Origin: Tubulanus polymorphus
Lineage: Eukaryota > Animalia > Nemertea
Length of the DNA: 64,000 bases
Assembly (NCBI RefSeq): GCF_964204645.1
Contig: NC_134026.1
Coordinates: 21,610,150 to 21,674,149, forward strand
Reading direction: 5' to 3'
The first letter of the stretch is position 1. Each line of letters opens with the position of its first letter. The position numbers and the translations under genes were made by a program. Of the stretch, positions 52,302 through 64,000 are shown in pieces. Below the pieces are notes generated by a model. The model worked only from the letters and a program-made list of their open reading frames with translations. It did not search any database and was not told the DNA's origin.

Positions 52302-55300
52302 GTAAGATTATTTTCTTTTATTGGCAATCTTGGGCCAGTAGCTCAAAAGTTGGTTAAGCGGATAGTTGACATAGTAACAATAGAAATTGTATTATTGCTA
52401 TGATTTATCCGCCGGCTATCTTTAATCAACTTTTGAACGACTGACCTCTCAGTTTTAACTCTGCCACCAAATTCACTGCTTGCTTGTATAACATCCAGAG
52501 TGACATTCTGTACCTCATATTATTACAGTTTTAATTCGGTCACCAGTCACTTACGTACTTGCTTGTACAACGTTGACACATTAACATCGTTGACACCGGG
52601 CAATTCTTCATATTTTCTACTGAACTTTTACCGATATTTCAAATAGTCGATATGTAACAAGAACTCTTCACAACGATATCAACAACAAAGTTTAAAAAAA
52701 AAACATATCCAATCTTTGTCTCGCGAGACGTGGTTCCTGAATTTAACACTTGACCTGGCAAAACATTTCGTAAGCGTCATTAGAAATTTGCTTGCTTACG
52801 TGTGTAGTTAGAATTTGAGTGTATAGGCCTACATTCAAGTGAAAGGAAACATTTAAATATTGTATGAACATTTAAACGAATGATATCATAAACTCAGCAC
52901 CGTACGTTCTACCAAATTGATATCCATATGAATTGCTATTCAATTAGCAAAGCTTAACTAATGTAAATTGGTCCGGTCAATTTTAAGTACTCTCGCTGTC
53001 GATGTAGACATAGGGACTCAATGTTGCCCACAACTGTAGATATCTATGCCACAACTGATGATGATTAACAACAGATTTTAATAAATTCTGTGTCACCAAA
53101 AGAATCTGGCCTCGAAAAATACGGCAATATCTGCTGGATATTAATTTTGTCAGTCTGTTGGGGGCCAACGATAGCAAATCCTGATAAAATAGAAGTCTGA
53201 TAGCAAGCGAGAAAACAAGGCTAATTTTTTCGATATCGGCTGCACTTAAATTTGTAATATTTGCGGTCGCATTAGTGTAACAGACAGCGCCCGCTTTTAA
53301 TTGTGTCGGCGAAAATTGACCTTCGATAACATAAATCTTCGACCCCGAAAAGGAAGTTGCAGTTCAGTATCATACGCACGGTCGGTGTCATACAAGATGG
53401 AAGTGGAAACACAGCCGAAAACCAGCACCGAGGAGTCAACTGAGTCGACCGATAGCGGGGAAACCGATACGGATGAAACCGGTAGTAGTAGTAGTAGCAC
53501 CGGCAGTAGTAGGAAAGGTAGTTGTAACCGTGAGGAAAATGTGCAACAGAAAATCGAGGACGATGAGTTCGTTAGCGAATTCGATAAGGTTCTCGACGAT
53601 GAAGAGTTGATGAAACAAATGCAAGAAATCGAACTCGAAAACAAACGAAACGAAGCTGACGGGCATGACATTTGTGAAAAGCTCGACGACGAAGAGAGTG
53701 GAAAGGAGGTTGGCTCAACAAGCGAAAAGGATGGCGCTACCGATGAAAAGGATGAGGATTCAGTAAAGGAGGATAGTAAGTTGTATTTTCTCTGGAGTGG
53801 TAACATGTACTGAAAGACAAATGTAACAATGTCGATCTATGTAATTAATATACGTAATAATTCGCCTCGTTTGCGAGAACACAAACGCAATACATTCAGT
53901 CAAGTTGTAAGTCGACATGGTTAAGTCAAAGAGTTGTTGTAGCAATGAATAATGCATAAGCGACAAGCACCTCGGGTAAATTAATCTTGGAAATCACGGG
54001 AGCGATTGCTATAATCTTACTCGTTGTATAGTGAAGATATAGTGCACGTATACACGTAAACAAAGTTTGATCAAAATAATTTCGCTGATAATCATCCGGT
54101 CTAGTTTTCGGACATCAGTGACTAAAAATATATATCTAATACGTTAGAAAATACTCATGGTTTTATTTGTGTTAAATAGCTTTGTCAGTTCATATATTTG
54201 TCGAATTCATTCGAACGCAATTGTTCAAAGGCCTTGGGGAGTCAGCGTTAACGAACCAGCGTTAACGATGACTACAGCCGACACAATCGCAGCATCTGAA
54301 CTATATATAGGCGTGCTTTGATAAAATTCCATCGCTATATGATTACTTCGTTATACTTGTATAAAAATAACAAAGATACGATCTTGTTCACAGCATTCCA
54401 GAATGACACAGACTTGTGAAATGCGCCAACAGTTCTAACCACTTACTAGGCCCCACGCTAAAGAGAACATGTATACACTGCATCCATTCGATGACCGTTT
54501 GGTGAATTCATAACTTCATGTGTACATGTATTCCTTCGCTTACAGATAGAATTTGGAAAAAAAGCAGTGGCAATATTATTCGGTCAGTAGATTTTGTAGA
54601 TTTCAGAAATTTTCAAACATACTGAGATCGATTTGAGATATTTTCAGACGTCTTGGAAATATCGTCGAAATTTCTTATTTCCGAACACCTTCATCCACTC
54701 ACCCACACGTCAAACTATACGTTATACGGAAAAATGTATTTCTCATCACAATTGACTTATCAAGATCGTAAAATTTAATTATGCTATTTCATTGTGTAAT
54801 GGGGTAATTAGGTTTAACATCTCGATTTTCTTCACTCCACCCATTTCCTTCATCATTCTCCATTCTGATATCAATGCGCGTACATACCGGTACACGTAAC
54901 GATAGCAGACGATAGTTTTAAAGTATATCGGATACGAATTCCTAATGTCAACAATGATCAGGAAATATCAATATTCAAAACAGGTGATCCGACACGTCAC
55001 ACAAAAAACAAGTAAGATTTCAAAGCTCTAAGCTTAAAGCTTCAAAATCGCATATGGCACGAATCTTTTAAAAGATCACATAAATATTGCAACAATGAGG
55101 ATATTTCTTTTCTGTGTAAAACTGCATCTAAAATTTTTGATAAGGCTTATAACCTTAGAATCAGCTGACAAAGTACTTTATTGTTTTGTTTTGAACTATG
55201 ATACAGAATACAGCTTCTAGAAAATATCGATTCTCTTGACAAAATCACAAAAAATAACAGCTCCGAAGATTCATTTGAATTTTGTATATTTCAAAGGGCG

Positions 55301-58300
55301 TGTTGTTTGTTGTGCGGAAAATTTATGTACATACTTCGTTCACAACTGATTGATTTGAAATGCATTATTGACATTCTTTTGAGTTGAAGTTGATTGCTTG
55401 ATAATATCAATTAGCGCGTAGATTCTTTTTTATCGCAAGCTAATGGAAGCCATATGCGTTCGTTGTTTACCTTATTATCGTATATACGATTATTGAATAA
55501 TTGTCTAAGGTTACCTCCTTGTTCAAACTATGAGCGCGATAGACAATATGTCTATGACACGATGAAGCTTTATAGTTATCTGTCACCTAGTTATATTGAT
55601 TTCATTAGCCTAGTATTACTATTCATGTATTACGAAATGCCTTGATAATGAATCAAGTAAATGATCTATTTGCTAATAGGATACTTTTCATAACTGAAAA
55701 TTTTTATCTCCTTTTAAAAACGTTTGGAATCAAACTGGGCGCGTTTTTCGTAAAATTCAACGAATAACAATTAGAGCGGAGTAGAATTTCTGATCAAAAC
55801 TCGCAATTATATTTTTCAGGTCATTCGACAATCTCTTCTAGCAGCAGTACAACTACCAATGCTTCAAACTCGGCTCCCGTCGTCACCGAAGACACCGCTC
55901 AGGTCACCGAAGATGAGCATTTTCAGACGACAATGGTAGAAAGAAACGGAAAATTCTCCGAAGACGAATTGAGGAAAGTATGCCCAGGAGAATGGGAAGA
56001 CGCACCGAAGGCACCGCCAAGACGACTGAGTGGCCTGGCGAGGCAGAAACTTGAAATGGACAGTTTTGATGAACAGACGATAAAAGCTGAGGAATGTTCG
56101 CAACAAAATACGAATCCCTTTGAAGAAGATGAAGAGCTGGACATCAACGGACAAGAAGTTGTGCTTGAGGATAGAATACAAGCCGTACACGTAAGTCGCA
56201 AGATTGAGCTAGAATCTGATGAAGCGAAGACGAACCTCATAACGAATTCGACGCCTATAAGAAATCACGCACCGCCCGCTAGTTGGAACGAGCCGAAAGA
56301 CGAAGAGAAGATCGTAATGACGTCGACACTAGAAATGGAAACAACTCCGCTTACGATAGAAATCCTTGACGATTCGAAAACGTTGGAAAACGACAGAGTG
56401 ATGATATACGAGAAAAACTCCGCCGCCAAACTCGCCGATGAATCGCCGTCTCCGAATACATCCAATTTCAGCGCCGAAATTAACAAAGCCATCGACACGT
56501 TGGATAGTGCAATTACAAGAAGCAGTCCGGCTTGTAGTAGACAATCGGCCGAATCGTCGGATACAGCCGATTTCAAACATCACCAGGGACATTTCGTAGT
56601 TGTGGCAATCGACTTCGGTACTACTTTCAGCGGATACGCGTTCAGTTTTACCAGAGACCCAAAAAGCATTCACATGATGCGCAAATGGGAAGGCGGAGAC
56701 CCAGGGGTCATCAACCAGAAGACACCGACCACTATACTTCTAGATCCTGAAGGCCGCTTTCACTCGTTTGGCTTTACTGCCCGCGATTTCTTTCATGACC
56801 TTGACCCAGATGAATCGAAGAAGTGGCTCTATTTCGAAAAGTTCAAGATGGTGCTACACCACAACGCAGTGAGTACCGTTCATTAGAAATGATCAGCGAT
56901 CTTTGTTGCTGTTGAATGATACCTTTCACATCAGCATTATGAACATTTATAGTATTAGATAAATTATCAATTGTTAGAAAATAGTATATTTCTATTTCTA
57001 AACCTTGTGGTAGAAAAATAAGCAAAAGCGAAAAAACGCCAGAAGGAAATCGGTCCAGCCCGTTATTCCGTGTTGGTGGTTTGATAAAAAATTCGTTAAA
57101 ATAGCAGGACAAAACAACAAATGATGTCATAATACCATAACACAATCTATCTTGTCCTATCTATAAATAATTCAGAACCACTTGATAAGCAGCTTCTAAT
57201 TATATTTTTGGATTCACGCCACAACGAGTTTATCTGATGAAAATGCCGTTCATCCTTCCGCAAATAATATCACTAAGCAGATATATATGTAACATGCTGC
57301 ATCACTGATACATCCTGACTTGAATTTCGGTTTGCTCGGAATATATCACATATGCCGTTCGGGCATATACCATATTCAATTAATGGTGTATATGCCGTGC
57401 GGGCATTTATATACTCTTTTTGAATTAATATCATGATTCTTTTTATTTCCAAGGACTTGAATGAAGAAACCACTTTGATAGCCAGCAATGGAACGGAGTT
57501 GCCGGCGACGAAAATTTTCTCGAGCGCTTTGCAGTTTTTCAAGCAGCACGCGCTGCAGGAATTGAGCGATCAGGCCGCTATAAAGATTCTGAACGAAGAC
57601 GTCAGATGGGTGATCACTGTGCCCGCTATCTGGAAACAGCCTGCCAAACAATTCATGCGGCAGGCCGCGTATGAGGTACTGCGACCAAAGCCTAAACCAG
57701 TAAAACTATTGTAGATACAGAGCGGGTATGGCAACTCAAACAAGATTTCAATCCGGCACACTACTGTAGCCTACTAGAGTGTATGCATGGGCAATACCAC
57801 TTTTCCTCGTTGCCTATCAATCCGGGCACAAGTACCTTTCCCCCAGAGAGATTTTTACTATAAGCTATGGTTACAATACCAAAACATATGCATTTGAACT
57901 GTATATCAAAGAGGATGTTATGCCGGCCCAAGACCTGAAGATATTTCTTTTTTTTTAAAGGCCGGTATTGCCAGTCCAGAATTTCCGGACCAACTCATCA
58001 TAGCACTGGAGCCCGAGGCAGCTTCGGTGTACTGCCGCCGTCTGCGCATGTACCAACTCGTACCGGAAACACCGAAGAAACGACCGTTAGTAACCCCGAA
58101 AAAAGAAACGCCCGAACCGATGAATATGGATCTAGTGACGGACGATATAACTATCGGTAGGTAACTCGTGTACGGAAATTCATTGCGACAGAAGGAAACG
58201 TGTAAAACATAATGCACATTTCACACTTCACTTAATACAATATATAATATATAAATTACACCTCCACTTTTTGTTATAGATCGTTAAGTCATTTCAACTT

Positions 58301-61142
58301 TTATTTCTACAAGCCATTCGGGCATTTTGATTTCCATTTTGATTTTTTTTGTTCATTTTGTGAAGATATTGTAAAAACATATACGATTATTTTATTCAAT
58401 ATTTCTATCTTTTAAAAACTACGATTTAAGAATCTGTTTTCATTTTGGATTTCACAAATAAGGAGATTTAAATTAACCTTATGGTTTCATTATATCGCAA
58501 ATGATTTCTTATCTTGAATGGTGTCATTTCAGAAGTAGACGACTTTTCATTTTCTAAATATCCTGTTCACTTGGAAAAAGAAGAACAGCTTGAACGGCTA
58601 CTGAGAGGTCAGTACGCTTTGAGCTGCCATCAATGATTCCACGGAGAACGCTATTTTGCTCTGATAAAAATTTTCAATATCTTGCCTAGCTTATTTGATT
58701 CGTGTTAATTCCCTGTATTCAATTCACATAGCTGAGATATCTCTTAGTGCAGTCGAACTTCCCAGATACAAACATACGAACGTTGGCTGAAAAGACTTTT
58801 CATAGAATACATATACGATGATTATTCCAAATTTAGGATATTAGCACGTCAAATCCCTGTCGCACTCTGCACCACCCTCCTGCATTACCGTTTAGCTTTC
58901 ATTTATTCGAAATAAGCTGTCAAGAACATTTTCATAAAAATCACGTATATTTGTGGATACAAGATGATTGGTATTGTAATGTTTTTGGTACAGGGACTAG
59001 GTACATGGTGGTTGACTGTGGAGGTGGTACGGTTGACATTACCGTGCATGAAATGCAAAAAGTCGAAGGCAAACTGAAAGAATTGCACAAAGCTACCGGA
59101 GGCCCGTATGGGTCAGTCGGTAAGCATAAAATACCAGATGGTATTTGCAACATTGACCTAACGGAAGCATAATCCTACAATAACCATTGATAAAACACTA
59201 TATTCGTGTTATGGTGATTATCTTTAGAAAATCCCTCATTAAGTTAAGTCCGAAAATGTTTCCTTGAGCTAGTAGTTTATTCAACGTTTCGACTAACCTA
59301 ATAATCATCTTCAGTATCCCTGAAGATGACCATTAGAATAAAAGCGAAACATCGAATAAACTATAGCTCAAACAAACATTTTCGGACCTCTAAATCCCAT
59401 GGGAACCAAATGAATGGATTTGATCAAGATAATACCTTCGTTATTTTATGAATCGACATTGTATTGTAAACAATTCCAAGATTCAAACTATACAGAAGAG
59501 AGATACATCTTGTACGGAAACATGTACTGTATATTTTGTTCGATGCGTTGTAAAATTTGTGAACGATACAAATTGAATCTGGATCTGAATCTGTTTGCAG
59601 GGGTGGACCAAGAATTTGAACAGCTACTGATTGCCATACTAGGTAAAGAGTTCATCGAAGCGTTTAGGTACCGACGTCCAGCAGGATGGGTTGATTTGAT
59701 GATAGCGTTCGAATCACGTAAGCGAGCAGCTAGTCCCTACAAAGACAACCCGTTAAATGTTTCCCTGCCATTTTCGCTGATCGACTTCTACAAGAAACAC
59801 AAGGTATGATATCTTGAAATTTGAAAGATTATTACACGAATTCTTCAGTTTCTCAACATTTTGAATCTCAGTGAGCGTCATTGGTAAACATTCTAAACCA
59901 TACTAAAAAAATCACTTCATCAACGCTGGTTGAATATGGAAAAATCCGGCTCCGATTAAAATGTGCTTCGGTTCGTTTTTAAGGGTGGACAAGTTGAGAC
60001 AGCCGTGAGGCGGTACGCTGACCCGAACGTTCGTTGGTCGTCGCAGGGAATGTTACGTCTGATGCCGGATGCCATGAAGAAACTTTTTCAACCGACTTTA
60101 GAGAAAATAGTCGAAGTCGTCGGAGACGTACTAAATCACCCTGACGCTAAAGGTACTGTTTAAATACACAAATTCTTTTAATTACAGGCCGAGGTCGATT
60201 TCAAGCTACGGATCCGCCTGTGATAGATCACAGCAGTAACTCACTGACATGCTCGTGACAATCCCAGGGGCATGTTAGGAACTTACCAGAATATCAGACA
60301 ATGGATTGAAGATCGTCATCAATTTTAAAACGGAAAATCATAAAAGAATATGAACCAATTTTTTTCGGATTCATATTTCAGGTTTGCAGTACATGTTTTT
60401 AGTCGGTGGTTTCGCCGAGTCGGCCCTATTACAATACAGAATTCGTCAAGAATTCGCCCACATTGTCAAAGTCATTATCCCGCAAGGCATGGGACTTTGC
60501 ATCCTGAAAGGTGAGTTGTTATTGGCTTTAGATGCCACTGCCCACTAGAGCTGTCGGCTGAGGTGAATGTATAGATGTGTGCCAATTTTTTCAAAGTTTT
60601 AACTATAAACCTACTTTTCACCAATTTTATATGATTCAATATGCGGTGAGCGAATATTTTTAGGAGCCGTCCTTTTCGGACTGGATCCCACTGTAGTCAC
60701 TTTGCGCAAATCGAGATTGACCTACGGTGTCGGCGTGCTGAATCGGTTTGTCGACGGTAAACATCCCAAGAAAAAGCGCGTAGAAAGAGATGGAATCGCC
60801 TGGTGCACTGATGTTTTCGACAAATTCGTCTGTGTCAACCAATCGGTAGCTTTGGGCGACACGGTGCTGCGCAGCTACACGCCGGCCAAGGTCGGACAAA
60901 AACAGTGCATCATTCACATATACTGCTCAGACCGGGAGAACGTGCAATTCATCACCGATAAGGGCGTAAAACGATGCGGCACGCTATGCTTGGACTTCTC
61001 CGATACTCAGTATCAGCCGTTACCGAAACGAAGGGAAATTCAGGCGCGAATGCTTTTCGGCGATACGGAAGTGAAAGTAAGCGCTCTCGATGTCACCAGC
61101 GGGAAATGTGTGCGAGCTGCAATAGACTTCTTGAATAAATGA
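51830..61142 (+). CDS. HSPA12A: Heat shock 70 kDa protein 12-like (HSPA12A/B orthologue) with long N-terminal extension; 5' exon usage uncertain
   Basis: [108 protein letters not shown] and [10 protein letters not shown] are hallmark HSPA12 motifs, spread over 8 core exons with consistent phases. Confidence 0.93.
52332..52447. mobile_element. Short palindromic MITE, Harbinger-like termini
   Basis: GGGCCAGTAGCTCAAAAGTTGGTTAA pairs imperfectly with TTAATCAACTTTTGAACGACTGACCT; the internal GCGGATA..CATAGTAACAATA / TATTATTGCTATG..TATCCGC is also inverted. Confidence 0.65.
53397..53775 (+). CDS. HSPA12 candidate first (or internal) coding exon B, acidic low-complexity
   Basis: [17 protein letters not shown]...EDSVKED; A|GTAAG phase-1 donor; in-frame TAA upstream at 53298; purine-rich coding composition. 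Confidence 0.7.
54945..55011 (+). CDS. HSPA12 candidate short first coding exon C
   Basis: [22 protein letters not shown] followed by an AA|GTAAG phase-1 donor, compatible with 55820. Confidence 0.35.
55820..56868 (+). CDS. HSPA12A: HSPA12 exon: acidic N-terminal extension + start of ATPase domain
   Basis: TTTTTCAG acceptor, open frame into [17 protein letters not shown], donor GTGAG. Confidence 0.93.
57454..57675 (+). CDS. HSPA12A: HSPA12 exon
   Basis: [13 protein letters not shown]...[23 protein letters not shown]. Confidence 0.94.
57961..58156 (+). CDS. HSPA12A: HSPA12 exon
   Basis: [33 protein letters not shown]...DDITI. Confidence 0.92.
58533..58607 (+). CDS. HSPA12 candidate 75-nt cassette exon
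   Basis: TTTCAG acceptor, AG|GTCAGT donor, phase 1-1, open frame [26 protein letters not shown]. Confidence 0.55.
58994..59119 (+). CDS. HSPA12A: HSPA12 exon
   Basis: [42 protein letters not shown]. Confidence 0.94.
59248..59387. mobile_element. 140-bp imperfect palindrome of two head-to-head hammerhead-like units (Penelope-like element remnant)
   Basis: Arms GTCCGAAAATGTTT...TCATCTTCAG and CTGAAGATGA...AAACATTTTCGGAC; each strand reads CTGAAGATGA-stem-CGAAAC(G/A)T(T/C)GAATAAAC. Confidence 0.65.
59601..59803 (+). CDS. HSPA12A: HSPA12 exon
   Basis: [42 protein letters not shown]...FYKKHK. Confidence 0.94.
59984..60152 (+). CDS. HSPA12A: HSPA12 exon
   Basis: [38 protein letters not shown]... 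Confidence 0.93.
60382..60510 (+). CDS. HSPA12A: HSPA12 exon
   Basis: [43 protein letters not shown]. Confidence 0.94.
60664..61142 (+). CDS. HSPA12A: HSPA12 last coding exon
   Basis: [29 protein letters not shown]...[28 protein letters not shown]. Confidence 0.95.
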
Positions 61143-61488
61143 TTTACTTACTGCGTGTGCGATAGAAGTAAAAATCAAATATTTTTATACCCGACACATG
61201 CTTTAAGCTACTAAGGATAATTCATTACAAAAAGAAACTATGAAGAAGGGCTATTTTATCATGTATATGAGACACGTCTGTTATATATAGATGCATTAAA
61301 CGTGGAATAATGTAATTTGCTTTTAATTCTCTGCTTCAAATACCTACCCTCTTCGTGATACGTATGCAAATTAAGCACGATCATCTGCCGGTAATTTCAA
61401 ATATCTCGGATTTTAACGTTAACGCGTTCTGAACTTGTAACACTGAATGCCAAACGTAATGAATATTGTACATTTATACTCAATAAGT

Positions 61489-61494
61489 AATAAA
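61489..61494 (+). terminator. Candidate polyadenylation signal of HSPA12
   Basis: AATAAA about 350 nt after the stop, in an AU-rich UTR, followed by a T-rich tract. Confidence 0.5.
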
Positions 61495-63746
61495 CGAATC
61501 GAATAAGGAAGGAGTATTTTTATAGATTTTTGTTATCCTTTCGAATCCTGTTGACAACAGAGTTTCTCCGTCCAGGGTTCTTCTCGGGTTTTCCCCTCGT
61601 AAAAATGAAAAACCTCAAATTCGAACAAAAATTGTTACCAGTCAAATTTTTATACTTAGAGGAAGCTACAGAGGGCTATTACAGAGGGCGTTTACTTTCG
61701 TACACCATCTGTCCATCCGCCCGTCTGTAGTTGGCTTCTAGATTCTTTGAGAAATTTTCAAGAAGTTTTTATGGTGTTGATATTTTGTTTGTGGCCATTT
61801 TTGTTCGGTAAAATCAACACTTTTTGCATACATGTATATTCTTTGATGTTTTCATGGGAAATTTAGAAGACACCCTGGTCCCTGGTCAGTCTCGAGTCTA
61901 ACGAGTTTCTGTGTCATTGGTTTTTGTAGATGTTCACCAGGTGGCGTTGAATATTGAAATTGTCAGGCATTTCAAACCACTTCCGGGCATGGCGTCCCTG
62001 GGCCCTTAGTTGAGATAAGTACTTAGACAATTCAAATCTTGGGTTTTTGCACATATCATATCGAAACCGAATCACACGCGTAGTCGTTCGTTTCAGAGCA
62101 CATGAATCAACATCTCCTGCGGCAGGGGTTCGAACCTGATCGTGTCGCTAGGCTCAGCCACGACACGAAAGGAGAGTCTCGATCCTATCGATGCCGGGGA
62201 GTATGACAAATCAACTAAATAACGTATTTCTCCGCTGCCATCGTCGAAACACGTTTATAAGTGGTAAATGGACATTGAAGCCTCGGGGAGACGGGCCTGA
62301 CCAGGATCTGAGATCGTTATTTGATGAGCTCCAGAAAACCGAAAATGAAAGACTATCGCAGATATTAAAACCAGTGAAAGTCGATTACATATCGTTATTT
62401 ATTTCAAATATATTAGATTTATTATTTTTCTTTTAAAAAATTCTTACATCCGTAGCTGCTTACAACATCTTTTATACTCACATAATGTAATTCATAATAC
62501 GACCGGGGTTTTCAAGAATTCTTCCAGAAACCAAGCTGGAATTCTTCCAAAACTAAATGACACATTTGGTCGAAAAACCTCAAAAACCAATGACTCATTT
62601 TGTCAGAAATCGACTAGAAAACAGTTCTCCAATTTAGTAGTTGAAATCATGAACAATTGTTTAAATTTCGCTAACATACATAAACATATTTTTCTTGGAT
62701 AAATGATAATGCTATAATTTGAAACATTAACAAAAATCTTATCTTAAACGCACAATAAGATTATATTATTCACCATAAATACACAATCATCAATTCGATA
62801 AGATTTTCTATTCCATAAATCAAGTCCATAAAATGCTTCTTCTGTGGAAATATAGAGAGTTTAATAAAGAAGAAAATGATATCATTCTTACAACTATAAA
62901 TGCAACATTATACATGTAGGCCTACTATACAGCACCCAGCTCCAAGGCTATGGAATCTAAATCGTCGAGACCAAAAAACCTACTTTCCATAATAGAGGAA
63001 TTCCATCCTAGTTAAACAATGGGATCGCCATTTTCCCCTGAAAGAAATATCTGAATGTGATACCGTCACTGGTCAGTAATATCATATAAAAACTATCTTA
63101 ACCAGTTGAGCATCAAAAACAAAAACTCGAATATCAAAATTTCAAAAAATAATGTAGGTAGCGATTCAATTTCTAAAAGCAACCAAAAAAAATATCATGA
63201 TGACCATAAAATCCAAAATTAACAAGACAATACGTCAAGAACAACAAGTCATAGATTCTGAAGTAAATGGTGTGTTAAAATTCTGTTTTTTTTTCATTTC
63301 CCGGGCTTGTTTCCTAGTTTTTGAGTTGGAATGTTGATACGAAGATTCATAACATTGAAAAGAATGTATGCATAGAAATTCTATTCAGTCATGGTAAATC
63401 AAGTCTATATATCAATACATATAGTGATAACAATAATACAAATGCAACCACCATACGCAAATACGTGGGTCAATTAATTAGCAATAACACAATAAGGATA
63501 TTCTTTGAAGAGAATTTTATAATCTGTAAAAAAATATTTCGATATAGTGGTACGGCTTTAATGTAGAGGAGAAAACCTTTTGAATATACCGTTTCGTTTA
63601 GGCTTCATAAATTTTTTAAGATTATTTTAATACCCTATAATGAATGTCATACAATGATAATGTAATTGAAGATTATGCGATTAACATGGCTTTAATTTTG
63701 CAATTGTAACAGTTATGTTTATCATTGACATAAGACAAGTAACTAT

Positions 63747-63994
63747 AGCCGCGATCACACAGAGACGATGTGGCCCGGGCCAAATATCCCTGGACCAGGG
63801 CCGCGTCAAATTTGGCCCGTGCCTAATTAGAGCGCACGTTCACATGTTAACCATTCACTCAGTACTAAATGATGCTTAAACAAAGCAAAGTGAGTCAATT
63901 CCAGTTACAATTCACACGCAATAATTTGTCCCGTGCTAAAATTTGACTCTGGCCTAATCTGGCCCTGGCCAAAAAAGCTCATGTGATTGCGGCT
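63747..63994. mobile_element. MITE, PIF/Harbinger (Tourist)-like
   Basis: TIRs AGCCGCGATCACA / TGTGATTGCGGCT; 3-bp TAT duplication on both sides; subterminal inverted GGCCC(G/T)GGCC and GTCAAATTT/AAATTTGAC. Confidence 0.75.
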
Positions 63995-64000
63995 TATGAT

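Noticed and set aside
62110-62180. Box-B-like GGTTCGAACCC (minus) beside an 8-bp hairpin; similar motif at about 22590-22606
   Set aside because: No box A or cloverleaf, so not a tRNA. It could be a decayed SINE head but support is too thin. The plus-strand CUGAUC...GAAA lacks the hammerhead CUGANGA core.

Overview
AT-rich, intron-rich animal genomic DNA, most likely from a spiralian/lophotrochozoan-type invertebrate (taxon is inference only). There are three protein-coding genes. (1) A complete Slit gene on the minus strand, ATG 43589 to TGA 3175. I traced 35 GT-AG coding exons by hand, totalling 4404 nt (1467 aa): signal peptide, 4 LRR domains, 6 EGF, LamG, 1 EGF and a cystine knot, with a 15.9-kb intron 4. 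(2) An intronless 387-aa PTB/PID-domain adaptor gene (-, 47733-48896). (3) An HSPA12-type atypical Hsp70 gene (+, about 51830-61142). It has a long acidic N-terminal extension, three frame-compatible candidate first exons and a candidate cassette exon. Non-coding highlights: four minimal hammerhead-ribozyme-like motifs of the Penelope-associated type (two arranged head-to-head in a palindrome, one next to a (TA)n tract), a perfect 218-bp palindrome centred on (TA)49, several MITEs and microsatellites. I found no rRNA, tRNA or CRISPR array. All coordinates were read by eye and no database searches were run.
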